Of a DNA stretch of 64,000 bases, positions 36,386 through 51,460 are shown piece after piece. How positions within the stretch are numbered: position 1 is the first letter of the stretch; each line of letters begins with the position of its first letter. Made by a program: the position numbers and the translations under genes. The notes beneath the pieces were generated by a model, which did not search any database, was not told where the DNA came from, and worked only from the letters and a program-made list of their open reading frames with translations. Source of the stretch: Eledone cirrhosa (Eukaryota); the NCBI GenBank assembly GCA_964016885.1, contig OZ024743.1, forward strand, positions 368,714,001 through 368,778,000, given 5' to 3'.

Positions 36386-37564
36386 AGGAAATCCTTATTC
36401 TGGCAAGAATTTTATGGAAATAAAGTTGGCAAAGTAGTTAAAGTGTGGTCAAACATGAACCTTAAATTATAAGATTGCTAAGCCACTCCATAAAATACTC
36501 CATACTAATTTGATAGTTTTTCATTTTTTTTAATAAGCAATCCTACACATTTTCTGAATTTAGACACAAAGGAAATCATCATCATCATCATTATCATATG
36601 AAAGAGAATCAAATGTGAGTAACCCATGGGATTTGTACATATGTCTCATTAATAAATACTACTTAGGTTATTAACACTAGCTTATAGTCAAATAAGTCTT
36701 CTTCTTTGCCCAAGTATTCCTGGGAGGTCTGTTGGGGCAGGGTTCTCAAGTATGCCCTCTGGCAGGTCCTGTCAGATGCAACCATTTCCAATTGATCCCT
36801 GAGCAAGATCAGCTAAGCTCATGGATGTTAGCCAACCATCTTCTCAGGTTCTACCACTGGATCTCTCACCTGTTGGTTTTGCCCATAAAATCTATTAAAT
36901 AAGTCATTTTATAAAATAACATTTTTAATTCTAGAGCAGAAGTGTAAGTGACTGAGCATTCTACAGACATACATACCCTTAACATAATTTTCAATGGTAT
37001 TCAGCATGCCACAAGATTGGCCCTTTTAATTACAGATATTGGGCTTCCAAACAACTTCTGTATACCCAATTTTACTCAGATTACATGGGTTGATCTGAGG
37101 CTAGGGTAAATGACAGTTGCCCAAGATGTCACATTGAACCTGGGACCTAAAGGTTGTGTTGTGAAATGAACCTCTTAACCATCTGGCCATGCTGCAAGAA
37201 AGATGGGGTAACTACAATTGAAACACCTTTGATCATAGATTAGCAGAACCAGAGCTGACTTAATTTAAACAACAGGAATATAATCTCTGTGTTAGATTCA
37301 TAGCTCTCTTTTCACAAAAATTTGTTTCAATGTTAATTGACTTCAATATGTAAAAATAACACATTAAATTCAAATTTAAATCATTAAAGGAAGCTGCAGA
37401 GGTGGTGAGAGATAATTCTAAATTACTGAGTCTCACAGAAGATTGCATTAAATGGAGGGATGCTGTGCTGGAAAAGATACATCCAACCCATACAAACATT
37501 GAAAAGTGGATGCAAAAAACGACGATGATGATAAAGTACTAATAAGTTTTATAAAACATTATTT

Positions 37565-37750
37565 GGTGTTTGGCAGTATCGGTAGAGGGTTGCACGACAT
37601 GCTTTGACGCATAGAGTTACGGTCCTTGCCATTCTGAGTTCAAATCCCGCCGAGGTTAACTTTGCCTTTCATCCTTTCTGGGTCGATAAAATAAAGTACC
37701 AGTAATACACTGGGTAATTGCTGGCCTTGTGCCAAATGTAGAAACAATTA
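37565..37750 (+). mobile_element. tRNA-derived SINE (family A)
   Basis: TGGCAGTATCGGTAG A box, GTTCAAATCC B box and conserved core. Confidence 0.88.
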
Positions 37751-38662
37751 TTTAGTGTATAGATTAATTATAATTATTATTATCATTGATTAACCTCTAA
37801 ACATATTTTGATTTTCTATAAATGGATAAAGAATTTAACAAATAATTAGACTTGAATTTGAAGACAGCAATATTTTTAATGATTTCATAATTAAGAGCAA
37901 GCATCTGTTTGAATAAATTAGTACATTAATTTCAATTAAAATATTATAAATAAATTGGATGTTTGTAGCTAATTACAAATATTCTCATGCTGGTTTTCAA
38001 CCTTGCTATAAATGCACTAAGCTATATATAAAATGACGAGTGCATGTGTAATTGTGTGGTGTAGGTAGTGTGTGTGTACATGTATAGGGAACTGCAAGGT
38101 GTTCCAGATTACAAGGCAGTGTACCAGAGGGAATCAAAACATCATTAGGAACTGTACATGAAATAATGTATAAGTTGAGATGTATAATATATTGCCGTGG
38201 GGTCTTTCACTCATTGTCTTCATTTTAAATCTCCATAGATTGTCTGATTTGTTATTCTTTCATCTGTTACTCACCCTCTGTTCTATCTGTTGTACCACAC
38301 CATCTGTGTAATGAAGAATGGCATTTGATATGTCCATATTCAATCTGTTCACTAGTAGCATGCAGAGAAGGAGGCAGAGGATACAATAGCCCTGGGCACC
38401 CATAGCAGGGCAGAGAGTGGGAACACCTACTTAGATTTCTCAAGTGTCCACCCATAATCTGTGCCTAGTTTTCAGCCCAGATTAAAACGGCTCTATGCTT
38501 AAGTTTTAAGGGAATACAATTAAGGAGTTAGCCCCAGGCATCACCAAACCTCTGCCTTTCACCCTCGACCTTTATCACTCTACCTCTCTTCTGCTATGAC
38601 CCTTTTATTACTCTACATTTCCTCCATCTTGTCATTGAGTCTGTCCATATCTAGTAGCTCCC

Positions 38663-39072
38663 AGAGGCATAACTAAGGTATATCAAGCATGTTACAAGTC
38701 ATGGGCACCAATTGAAGGGAGCACTGCTTGGACTAGGAGCACTTTCAAGTCAGATAAGCTATTATTGGAGGATGAAAAAAAAATATTTCTTCAGATGTAT
38801 GACTTGCCTTTGATTATCAAGGGTGAGAAGAACTATGGTGGCTGGATCATTAAACCATTTATCTAAATTATTAGCTCATAGGTAAAAATACAGTGGTGGG
38901 AACTACATAACCACATTGGCATGCCTTGTAATTTTCAATTAAAAAATTAATGAATGTGATTAGTATTTTTGAGCTGATTTAATGATTATCTGAAAGATGA
39001 GTGTCAAATGTTTGCGCAAGGAGTACAATTTTACTGCTTGCCATAGGTGCTATTTTCCCTAGTTATGCTCCT
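38663..39072. mobile_element. Possible Harbinger-like MITE
   Basis: Imperfect terminal inverted repeats AGAGGCATAACTAAGG / CCCTAGTTATGCTCCT; no clear TSD. Confidence 0.45.
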
Positions 39073-39733
39073 AGTGGCTCCTTCTTTACTGCGAGTCATT
39101 GCACTCTTTCATCCATGTGACTCTTCACTGACATCCACCACTCTCACTTGCTATCACCTATCTCTATTGCAATCCATCACTATTTCTCTCTCTCAGACTT
39201 TATAGCTACTATATCATGCAGGTTATACTGTTACTTTGTTCAATCTCTTCCATTGCTCCCATTCCTATTACACATACTCATACTCTCCTTTTTTCACACT
39301 CTTGGCTATTCTACTAATCCTGTCAGTCATGTTTATCTGGAAATAATAGAAACAATGCAGAGTAGAAAGAGCTCTTTAGTCTGGCAGAGGTCAAAACAAC
39401 CTTTCCTGTGCTTCGTAAACAATGCACTTAGTAAACTCTATTAAATGGTCAGTAAACAAAGGGAGGTAATGCAGGTTAAAGAAGGCTCTTTCATCAACTT
39501 GAGAATATGGCAACCTCTCTAGAGCTGGCACCATGGTAAAATACATTCAATAAACTCTGTAAAATGGTTGTAAATTAATATTAGGTAGGGAATCCAGTTA
39601 TAGAAATCAGAAATCAAAAATAGAATTTACCTGTGAGATGTGATCTTTGACCAATCGGGGGGTGGAAGTAAATCCAAATAAGTACTGACTCAAATAGTAA
39701 TGACATATCTAACTCAAGATAGCATGGAAAGCA

Positions 39734-39765
<32 letters not shown>

Positions 39766-40134
39766 CATGCTTCAATATTTTCAAATAAAAATTTTTTAAT
39801 TATGGCTCAGATTTCTACCTTTTGGTTCATCAGTTAGTAGTAGGTTTTCAAGGAACCTTTTTGTCTGTCCTAGGGGTATTTTACTAGATTCTCTAATCTA
39901 TTATTTATATCAACTGACTGTTTTTACAGTTATTTTCTGCATTCAAGATTCTTATATTTTCTAAACGTATATATATACTTATATATATATGATTTAACAT
40001 ATCACTTATATGTCACAACATATTTGGTTGTTAGGATCCTGTTGAGTTAGTATTAATATTAAGTACCAGTGATGCACTGGGTAATTGCTGGCCTTGTGCC
40101 TAAAGTAGAAACAATTAATATTAAGTATAAAATA

Positions 40135-40480
40135 CCACAAGAGAGAGAACAGCTGGTGACTAGAAACAGTGTTACAAGGATAGCCTGAAGGTAACAATAA
40201 CAACCAAGAGTATCAACATAAAATCCAAGAAGAGGCTTGCTGAGAAAAGCCCCCATTATATGGCACAATCTCATTTAAAAAGGCATAAAATCCTGGCAAG
40301 GGACATGCATCCAAAAATAAGAGACCCATATCTAAACCAAATATGAGCTTTGCAAAGCCTGTATAGCTGCCACTTCAAATGAAGTTACAGAACACATGTG
40401 CTTTACATGTGGCCCCCACTTCTATGCCAGAATCATACACATTGACAATTAGTGATGAAGATATAGGAAGAATTATTACT
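40135..40480 (+). mobile_element. Decayed RTE(BovB-like) C-terminal fragment
   Basis: YKDSLK motif and a HMCFTCG zinc-finger remnant. Confidence 0.45.
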
Positions 40481-41089
40481 TTAGCCACAAGCTAGCTTGT
40501 GGCCAAAGGTAAAACACTTTCTCTATCTTCATTACTGGCAGATGAAAAACAGGTGCCTGAAACATTAGATTCATCTCTCTTTGTAGAATTTGAACTGCTC
40601 AAACTCTTCTATGAACACTACTTAACACAATTGAGCTTAATCTGGTAAAAAATGTAATCAATAACCTACTAACCAAAATTAATGAAAAGAAATAATCTTT
40701 ATATACCACAATTCTAAATTAGAGTTAAAAGTTGCTAGAATTTATCATATTGAATTCCAATATATTTGTATTTAGACACTTATATTTCAAATAATGTTTT
40801 CTTGATTTTTTGTAGAATACAGGGCTTTATTGGGATTTGCACACATACACACACACATACACATGCATACATGTCATTATCATCAGTTAAGGTTTATTTT
40901 TCCACGCTTGCAATAGTTGGATGGGTGGTGATGTTATGAGACAATTCAAATCAATGTTTTACTCATATGTATTTGGTTTTTGGCTTGCTCTCTACAGCTG
41001 GGAACCTTTCCTGATGCCAACCACATTACAGTGGGGACTGAGTACTTTTCATTGTGGCACAACGTGGACTAGGTGGATTTTCATTGTGT

Positions 41090-41177
<88 letters not shown>

Positions 41178-41264
41178 ACATTCACACATACATTCATAAA
41201 ACAAAAGATATCTAGAGCATGAATGTCATATCAGAATGAATTAATGTAGACTTGATGGATGTAT

Positions 41265-41521
41265 TTCGTTTGTGGCACATGAACTGAGCTGATATTTAGA
41301 CATAGCTACTTTGTCAGGTGATAGCCAGGTTGAAGAGGTTAGAAGTGGCTATACCTTTTTTCTCCAAGGATAAATCAAATGAAGGTTGCAGAGACACAGG
41401 TGTTGGCTTTGAACTCTGCTCTGAAATGCTTAAGAAATTAGGAGAACTTCTCATCACTATAAAATTCTGATTGATGACTCAGCATCTGAATTTGAAAGAT
41501 AAGATAATTACTATTCTGATA
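41265..41521 (+). mobile_element. RTE-type APE endonuclease fragment interrupted by the Chapaev-like element
   Basis: DIATLS, QVEEVRSGYTFF and GVGF motifs; reading continues after 43246 as L-I-S-A. Confidence 0.6.
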
Positions 41522-43246
41522 CACCGTGTAACAAAAAAATGTTTTTTCTCTGTTCCTGGCTTGTAATCACTTTTTTGTGTTGCTTAGGTCCCAAATAAAT
41601 AAACAAGTGCTATTAAACAGTTAAAAGTTTGGGTTTGTAAAAATTCTAAGCTATTCACTAGAATTATTTGTATGTTGGATTTTACGTTGTATGTAAGTTT
41701 AATTTGCTTATGTTAAATGATTTTTTTTATATATGTTTCAGGTTAAATTAAAATTATAAAATAAAGAGTAATACCTAAAGAAAATTATAAAAGTGCAATA
41801 AAGTATAAAATTGTTAAAAAGTGGATTAAAGAGATTTATTGATACTGGATTTTCGCACCCTGAATAAAGGGTAAGTTGTGTTTTAAGCATTCGTCTCCAG
41901 GATGAAGCAATGGAACTTGGTCAAGGAGGAAGAGCAGGTAACAAGTCAGAGAAGTCGACACAAACCTTTCTCAGGCTTTTACACTCTTAGGGATGGCCTC
42001 TGCTTCTGCCATGACATGCCTGGACTGTTTGATGTTATTGGGTGCCGTTTGTGCCCAAGGAGTGGTGACTATTTATAGACAGCTCCACCACAAGTTTGAA
42101 GGCTGTCCTCCTCCACAATGGAAACAAGTTCCCGACACTACCCCTAGCTCATTCAGTCTGCCTGAAGGAAGATTACTACAGTGTGAAAGTCCTCTTGGAA
42201 GCTCTGCAATACAACCAGTACAATTGGGAAATCATTGGAGACTTCAAGATGGTGGCTTTCCTGCTTGGACTCCAAGGAGGCTTTATCAAATTCCAATGCT
42301 TCCTCTGCCTTTGGGACAGCAGAGCCACCTCTGACCACTACAAAAAAAGAACTGGGAGCAGCGAACAGAATTTATAGTTGGAACCCGGAACGTCAAGTGG
42401 GAGCCACTGGTTGATCTCAGGATTGTGCTCATACCACCACTGCACATTAAGTTGGGGTTGATGAAGCAGTTTGTGAAGGCTCTCAACCAAGAATCAGTCG
42501 CTTTTAAGTACCTTCTTGAGTTCTTCCCCAAGTTATCTGAGGCCAAAATCAAAGGTGGAATTTTTGTTGGACCTCAGATAAAGAAGGTGCTTGAGTCTAC
42601 CGAGTTCTCCAATAAGCTCCATAGGATTGAGAGAACAACATGGAACTGTTTCAAGGCAGGTGTTAAGGGCTTCCTGGGCAACTACAGAGCTGAAAACTAC
42701 CAGCAACTGGTGCAGGATCTGATAAAGGCTTTTGGCGCCATAGGATGCAGGATGTCACTTAAACTCCATATGTTGGACGCTCACCTGGAAAAATTCAAGG
42801 ACAATATCAGAGCCTACTCAGAAGAACAAGGCGAACGATTCCACTAAGATGTGAAAGAGATAGAGCGGAGGTACCAGGGCCACTACAATGAAAAAATGAT
42901 GGGGGACTATATCTGGGGGCTAGTGCGGGAATGCGACCTGGACTACAACCGCAAATCCAGGAAATCCAATCATTTCTGACGTGTATAAGTTGCTTTATAA
43001 GTGTTATTTGTTTTTACTTGTTTGCTTTTGATAAGCTTGTGTAATAAAATAAATATATACTCTGTTGATTTAATTATATGAACTGATAAATTTTTTTAAA
43101 ATGTGTTTTTTCTTGAAAAATATGAAAATTTCGAAATATCAAACCCAAACTTCTAATTAAATAATAGTGTTTTTTTATAATAATGGGATATAAAAAACCA
43201 TGAAATGACACTTAGAACCAGGGAACAAAAAATATGTTAGAAGGTG
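41522..43246 (+). mobile_element. Chapaev3-like (CMC superfamily) DNA transposon with partial, frameshifted transposase
   Basis: VLLHNGN, GDFKMVAFLLGLQGGF..CFLCLWDSRA, PPLHIKLGLMKQFVKAL, GIFVGPQI, MSLKLH, SEEQGERFH; CAC...GTG termini with ~115-bp imperfect TIRs ending in AAGTTTGGGTTTG. Confidence 0.88.
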
Positions 43247-43835
43247 TAAGTGCCTAGTCCTGATGAAAACAGAACTGTATTGTATGCCCAGCTGAAAGCT
43301 GTCATCATAAACATCATCATTGTCATCATTTTTACATTCATTTTTCCCTGTTGGCATGGGTTGGGCAGTATGTTTTGAAACAATGTTTGACAGCTGGATG
43401 CCCTTTTTGACTCCAACTATTTTTGTCACGTCTTATGATATGCAAATATACACTGTACCTATTAAAAAACAACAGCATACAAACAGGATGTGTGTGTGTA
43501 TATATGGATATATATATCCAAGAGATATGTAAATAAATGTAGTCCTGACTGTAGTCCTGACTGTAGTCAGTAAAATTCTCAAGTTAGACATGATCATTTT
43601 ACAGGGGGAGGGGGCTTCGATATCAGAGTTAGAACAGATTAGTAAATGTGAAACTGTCTTGGACGTTTCTGTGTAGGAAAAATGATTAGCAATAGTTTCA
43701 TGCTCCTAGAACTTAGTAAAAAATATTGTCTTTACATACAAGGAATACCATCTACTTTTCCAAATTGAGAGATCACAGCTCTAATATTAAAGACATGGTT
43801 AGAATGTTTCAAGAAAGAATCGTTGGAAAGATTTT

Positions 43836-44062
43836 GATGATGATGAAGATGGTGAGGATGATGATGATAGTAGTAGTGATAATGATGATGATAGTAGTGG
43901 TGATGATGATGATGATGATGATGGTGGTGATGATGTTGATGATGTTGATGATAATGATGATGTGATAGTGATGTTGATGATGATGAGGATGATGGTGATG
44001 ATGATGATGATGGTAATGATGATGATGGTGATTATGATGATGATGAGGATGATGATGATGAC
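43836..44062. repeat. Degenerate (GAT)n microsatellite
   Basis: Direct reading. Confidence 0.95.
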
Positions 44063-44869
44063 GACATTGACCTACAGATGTTCAGGCAGGGCGGCAGCTG
44101 CCTTAATCTCACCAGACTGTGACTGCATGTAGAGGAGGTCATTAGTGCTCCTCCCCCTCCTTCTCCTAATATGTAAACAAAGACGTCTTTGTTTACATAT
44201 GTGCGTGTATGCATATGTAAGTGTGCATGTGTGTGTATGTGTATGTAAATGTGCATGTGTGTGTGTGTGCTTCTGTGTCAGCATAATGAAATAATGGTTT
44301 CTAATTTTGGCACAAGGCCAACAATTTGGGGGAGAAGAAAAAGTTGATTATATCCACCCAGTAATGACAACTGATATTTTATTTTGTCGATCTTGGAAGG
44401 ATGAAAGGCAAAATTGACCTCAGTAAGATTTGAACTCAGAATGTAAAAACCAGAACAAATACTGGAAAGCCTTTTCTCTGATACTCTAATGATTCTTCCA
44501 ATCCATTCGAATAATAATATTAAAGAAATGAAACAGAAATATATTTCCCCACATACTTATTTAAAATATTTTTGTCTCGAGATTAATAGAAAGGATTTCC
44601 GATCAATTTTTTCCCTTTTTTTAGGGAAATCAATGAATCAATATCTACTGTCTGATGGCATGATAGCTACTAAAGCATCTGATGGGTAGTTGCATTTATG
44701 GGGGGAAATATTGATTCCTAATTTAGGCACAAAGCCAGCAAACTTTAGAGGAATGGCAAAGTTAATTAAATCAACCCCAGTACTTAATTGGCACTTTATT
44801 TTATCAACCCTACCAGAAGGATGAAAAACAAAGTTGACTTTGGAAGGTAGAGCTGCTGCTTTTCCAAAC

Positions 44870-45150
44870 TGAGGGATAACAGCTCTGATATTATGGATAT
44901 GGGGTTAGAATATCTTAGGAAAGAATTGCTGGACAATCCAGGGATAGACTCTGAACAAGATGGTTGGATAACATTTGTGAGCTCTGCTGATCTTGATTGG
45001 GGATCCAACTGGATCAATTGGAGACAGTTGCTTCAGACAAGCCTAACTGGAAGACATGCGGAAAGACTCTTCCCCCACGTCCCTCCCAGGAATGAAAGGT
45101 AGAAGAAGAAGAAGAAGAAGAAGAAGAAGAAGAAGAAGAATAAGAAGAAG
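44870..45150 (+). mobile_element. RTE-like 3' end fragment with (GAA)n tail, inserted in a family A SINE
   Basis: Homologous to 14328-14557; minus-strand SINE pieces on both sides (44715-44850, 45151-45225). Confidence 0.6.
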
Positions 45151-46459
45151 ACTTTGGCAGGGTTTGAACTCAAAATGTAAGGAGCCGGCATTTTACCTGA
45201 TGTTCTACCAATTCTGCCAATCCACCACCCTTACAGGTGGAAATAATAAAGTCTACTACAGCCATCACTCACAAACAAATATAGCCTGGTAATATGTATC
45301 ATGTTTTTGCTAAGTGTTTTTAGGTGCCCATACAATCACAAGGAGCAAGAGACACCTTCTTGACCTTTCCTTGGAGCCCAAGTTGTTGACCTCCTCATGG
45401 TGAGCCCTGGAAACTGATCACTGATCTCTGGTCTCAATCAGGTGAACAATAACAACCTGAGAGAGCAAAAGTCTCATATACAAGAAGAAGACTTCCTCTT
45501 TTGATACAGTGGAGCATCCAAGATGCAGCAATTGGAAGGAGAGAGATGGCTGCAGCAGTACTGGGCTGGTACTTTCTTTATTGAACCCAATGGGATGAAA
45601 GGCAAAGTCAGGTAGATTTTGTTCAGGAATAGTTTTTAAATATTCCTGAGATTTAAACTCAGAATGCAAAGACCTGAGATAAATATCAAATGCTCTAACA
45701 ACTCTTCTTAGACCAATACACCTGAGATGTTATCTTGTTATATGATACAAATCTAATTTTCAAGTGATTACATTAAAAACTTCCATCATAATATTATACA
45801 AGATCCTGTTTGTGAAGTTATATTTCAAACATCACTTTATTAATGTAAAACGTTAGTTATTTTTCTAACTCCTTCCAAACTTTTAATTGTTTTACATGCA
45901 GGCATTGTATTTCATTTAAAATATTATTATGTAGTGGTTAAAAGAGAGTAAGGAATCACCATTGCAACTAGTAGACTACAACTAAACACTAAGCTAGTTT
46001 TCTCAGCTTTCAGAGGCTGTTACATTCCAGACATATTAATATTTTCACCAAACACTGGCTTATTGACAGGAATAAATTAATCTAATTAAAACCATAAGTT
46101 AACTAATTTGTGTGGCAATTTATAGATAAAAATATTCATTTTCATAACGTATATCAGTATTTTATTAAATGAAATATATGAAAATGATAATTCACTAAAA
46201 TAGTCAGGTAAACTTTGTTCAGGAATATATATTTTTTTTTAATATTTAAAGAGAATGCAAGAGTTGACATCATGATCATCATTTAACATCCATTTTCCCA
46301 GTCCACACTGTAAATGTGGTTGGTGTTAGGAAGGGCAGCCAGCCATAGAAAACCTGCCAGATAGTCCTATACGAGCGAGACATGGTCACACGACCAATCT
46401 TGCCTCAAGTGGGACAACTCCCGTCTAACCCATGCTAGCATGGAAGATGGACGTTAAAC

Positions 46460-46494
<35 letters not shown>

Positions 46495-48654
46495 TGCTCA
46501 AGGGTTGGATAGGTCTTCACTGACAAAGTCAATACTCAAGTGGGGCTACTGTCCTTTCAGATGGTATGGAGGCTACATGTCATTTACATACGATCTTATG
46601 CTCTATCAAGTGCATTTTATTGTGACACATGCATTAGGGAAGTTGCCATGTCTTTGATACAGCTGAAGGGTCCTCACAACTCTTTGTTTGGTCAGTTTTC
46701 TACTGCTGAATGTCCTTATTACAACAACTTTACAGGGTGTACTGGGTGTGTCTATCGTGTAGATCACAAACACTAGAGAGGTTGTCATGCCTTTGACATA
46801 ACTGAAGAGTCCTCCTGATCCTTTGTTTGATAGGCTTTCTAGGGTTGGACACGCTTCCTACCTCCAACGACTTTACAGAGTGTACTGGGTGTGTTTATTA
46901 TGTAGATCACAAACACTTAGGAGTATTAAACTAAAATTAAAAAATAATCAGAACATACAAAAACTGTTATATTCATTTTTCAATTACTTTACACGGTGTG
47001 AAAATTTCAATTGCATCGCTGCAACATAATCATTGATGTTATTTCATTGCAGCTTGGTCTTTGGTGTAATAGTTAAACACACGCACCTGGCATACAAGAA
47101 ATGCATGGTTCAATTCCCTGCAGGCATCTCTGTCCACCTTTTTCTGTCTCTAGTTGTATTTTACCCAATTTAAGCAACAGTTTAAGAGTGATGGATCAGC
47201 AGAATTGGTGAAGCTTTGAACAAAATGCTGTTGCAGTATTTGTTCCAGCTCTTTATGTTCTGAGTTCAAATCCCTCTAAGATCAACTATGCCTTTCATTC
47301 TCCCAAGGTTGGTAAAATAAAGTATATATTTTCTCTTCCCCAAAATTGCTGGCCTTGTGCCTACATTACAAATCATTATTTCATTGCAACAAAATAGTTA
47401 AATGAGTTAAAGAATGGGTAAGAGTGGTATAAATACACTTTATTTTATCATTAGGTCCTGGATTCTATCCCACTGAGTGGCATCTTGAGCAAGTGTCATT
47501 TACCATTGCTTTGGGTTGACCTTGTGAGTGAAATTAGGTAGACAGAATCTGTTTAGATGTCCATCAAATGGACTGTACCTTTAATTCAAAAGAACAACAA
47601 TGGCACTTCCTGTATCATACTAAACTCTTTGAGAATTACATTAAGGGTACAAGTATTTATGGAATACTCAGCCACTTACATGCTAATTTAATGAACAGAC
47701 TCTCCTATAGACAGATGTCTATTCTACCCACCCTGAACCTCTCCAGGTTAACGTTTGCTAGAAAAACATGACAGGGTAGTGAACTGGCAGGAAGGCTGAT
47801 AGTCTGAATGTTTGTTAACATCACTTGTACATCTTGTACATTCATTTTACAGACTAGAAATTTCTACCTACTCCTTTTATGTTTTCAATGAATCAATCAA
47901 TTAAGTTCCCACAACTCTTGCAGCCAGTCATTGCGGTGCTACTCTAGACGTTTTATGTATAACAATCCTTAACTAAAATCCAAACAGTTTGTAATTTTCG
48001 TATGAAATTTTATCTGAGAATCTTATAAACCGATAATGAGTCTAGTAGAACTGTTAAAAATACAACAAAATTTATTGAAATAGTGTGAAGAAAAAAGGCA
48101 AAAAACACAACTAGTTGTTAAACAGTTGTTTCTAAGGGGTGTTTGCATGAAAAGAATTTCTGTTTAGAACAAAAAATTAATCCCTATCCCAATAAAATAA
48201 ACATTAAGTTAAAAAGAATACCAATTGTATAATTGTATTAAATATACCCAGGAATACATGTTTTACATACATAAATATGCATGAATGTATATTTACATAT
48301 ATCAACATGCATGAATCCACATTAATATACATGTACATAGATAAACATACACCCATATACACATACATATGCATACTCTTTTCATCTGTATCTCTCTTTC
48401 TGTCTCACACCCACCTACATACATTACTGTCTGCTTCTTGGTTAATTCATTTGGGTCATTTAAAAAAACATTTGGCATTCCTGTTAATAGTTAACTGTAT
48501 AAAAGTATAAATATATATAATGTGTGTGTTTTCAATGTCTAAAATGACTTTACACAGTTACAACATATTCATGACCTTAGATTAAACCCACTTCACTTCT
48601 TTCACTTAATCCAAGCTTACACTCACATCAAATCAGTTCATCATATTCAATCCT

Positions 48655-48712
48655 CTCTGTCACCTTTGCAGTTCTTAGGTCAATCTACATTGGTGAAACC
48701 GGTGTCTAATGT
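48655..48712 (+). mobile_element. Tiny Penelope-like GIY-YIG remnant
   Basis: CHLC followed by IYIGETG. Confidence 0.4.
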
Positions 48713-49125
48713 CCACAGTACCAGTTTTGATGCCTCTTTTTCTGGCTGTCTTACATGGTGTCCTGCTAACTTCATTCTTCTGATGCCTACCTAGGGTGAC
48801 ACATGTGGTAGATCTCCATATAGCTGTTCATTTGTCATTCTGTCTTGCCACAACACATTTAATGCCATGCACAGCATTCTGGTGTAGCAAACATCCAACT
48901 ATTTTTATATTGCCCTGTCAATGGCCCATGTTCCACTTCTATATAACAGAATAGACTTCACTGTTGTCACCAACAGACATTCATTGGTGTTTCTTTTCCC
49001 GTTGAATTTCTATATTTTATTCATTTTGTGACATGCCATTCCTGCAAATAGATTCCTTATTTCAAATTTATTTTAGAACTTTTCATCTAGCCACCCAAAT
49101 ATCTGAAGTTTTCAATGGACTTGAT
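48713..49125 (-). mobile_element. RTE-clade C-terminal fragment
   Basis: FRYLG, ILLYRSGTW, LDVCYTRML, NEQLYGDLP, RRMKLAGH. Confidence 0.75.
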
Positions 49126-51214
49126 TAAACCCAGTGTCAAATATTCTTTCATTTTTTTTTTTTTTTTAGTGGTTTTGATCTTTGCCTTGTGGCTATACTG
49201 GGGCACCATCTTTGCCTTGGGGCACCATCTTTGCCTTGTGGCCATGCTGGGGCACTATCTTCAAAGGTTCTAATTACTTATATTGATCACAGTAATTAGT
49301 CTGGTACTTATTTTATCTATCCTGCCCTTATTCATTGAATGGTTGAGTTTACATTTTGACATTAAAGGATGTAATTTGACATAACTCTAAATATCAAAGT
49401 TATTTTTTTTATTCAATACACCAATTTACATTCACACACACACACACACACACAAGCCACAAGCATTTACACTCACACGCATACACATAGATATATATAT
49501 ATATATATATACATATGTTGGTGTTACAATAAAATTCACTATAAAGTGATGGTACTGGTTCAACAATTAAAAGTACCTTGTCCAACCTGTCAGGTATTAG
49601 TGCCAGTGCTATGATAAAACACACCTGGTACATAAGTGATAAAGTGGCTGGCTTTAAGAAGAGCATCAAGCTGTAGAAACCATGTAAGAATAGAACATAT
49701 GAGCTATCTAGCCTCAGAACATGACAACCTGTCTAATCAATGCAAACAAAGAAAATAGATGTGAAATGACGGTGATGTGACTGTGCACACATGTTTCTGG
49801 TTTAGATAGCATTTGTCAACACAAAAGCTGTGGTAAAAGACAACTGCCTAAAGTGTGACAGAGTAGGATCAAAATCAGAAATATGTACAAGAAGGAAATA
49901 CTATTGACTATATGAAGCATAGTAGTGAAACCTGGTGATTGAATAAAGGAAATCTGTAGAGTCTGGGAAGAAATCAGGGGAGTATAATCCATTGGATATC
50001 TCATGTTAACTTTTCTGAGGAAAATATTAAGTGAGATAAAAATATCTTAGTCTTCTGTTACAATTTCATTCACATCAAGGATATATTTTTCAAATATGAA
50101 TTGGCTCAGTATTTAACTGGTACTTTTTTTTATCAACCTCAGAACGAAATGTCAATCTGACTTCTGCAAGATTTGAACTTAGAACTACGTATTTCAGGTA
50201 TTTATCTGATGCTTTAATGATTTTGTCATCTACTGCATAGTCGTGTGGATATTAAAGGTATTAGCTGATGTATAAAGACAAAGAGACAGCTGTATTTGTA
50301 TGGAAATATGATAGAAATGGATAAAGTATTTGTAGAAAATACAGTAAAATACCAATGAAAGGTACCCATGACAAAGGAAGACTTAGGAGAAGGTGGTGAG
50401 ATCACACAAGCCATAGAAAGAAACATTTCACAAAAAATATAGTCAAGATTAAATAGAAAACGTAAAATTTACTTTAATATTATTGCTGTAAAAAGTATTT
50501 TCTATTTTGCGATTTGTTTCATGTTAGTAATGCCAAACTAAAATTTCTATGTGATATTTTGTATTTTATTCTCTTCTAACATTGAAGTAATTGTGCTCTG
50601 AACATCTGGGATTAATATTTCTCTACTCTTCCATCAAAAAGAAATATAAAGGGTACAGTGGGAGGAATGGAAACTAAAACCTAACAATATTTGACTGAAA
50701 TGGTTGTTTGCTGCCATATAATCAGTCAATAGAGGATGCAGACATCAAAGTGTTTGACTCACATCTGGCAGCAGTACTATATTGAATGATTCAGTTCAAC
50801 AGAGTGATAGAGAGATGAGGATAAATTCAGAGAGATAGTGTGTATATGTGTGTGAGAGAGAAAGAGAGAGGGAGAAAGAGAAAAAGAGAGGGAAAGAGAG
50901 AAGAGGTATAGCAGAAATATATAAATTTGTAGGCAATCTTCTCACATGATATATCTTCATTACAAATGCTACTCTTAAATGTCTCTATATACACCAGAAT
51001 GATACCATCTGTCTAACAATCTTATATTTCTTCCTCAAAAGTGTTTTTCTTTTTCTTTTATATATAACAATGGATGGTCCATCTAGTTGAAAGTAAGGAT
51101 GAAGAATAACACTTCCAGAAAGTTCATCAATATTGTTACTGTTTCTAAAGAACAGCAGGTAAACAAAGTAGGTTTAGTATCAAAGATTTAAAGCCAATAT
51201 AACAAATACCAATA

Positions 51215-51460
51215 TATGTGACAAAATGTAATACAGACATATATTGATCAGATTGGCAGTTGATTGGCCAACAGATTTGCTGAACATCTACAAGACATCT
51301 GGGTTGGCAACCCACCCTCAGTGGCCCTAAATTTCCACACTGCTGGTCATTCCATGTGTCAGCTTACTGCGTTTAGGCTTGCTTCCAGCAACAGTGGGAA
51401 CAGCAGCTTATTTTTATCTACCCTCAATGGCCTAAATGCACTGCCCTGCTTCCTCAAATT
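51215..51460 (+). mobile_element. Penelope-like element GIY-YIG endonuclease remnant
   Basis: YIDQIG followed by LANRFAEHLQDI...SVALNFHTAGHS...NGLN; GAAACTAGT hammerhead-like remnant downstream at ~52151. Confidence 0.7.

Noticed and set aside
43726-43965. Poly-Met ORF
   Set aside because: Translation of the (GAT)n microsatellite
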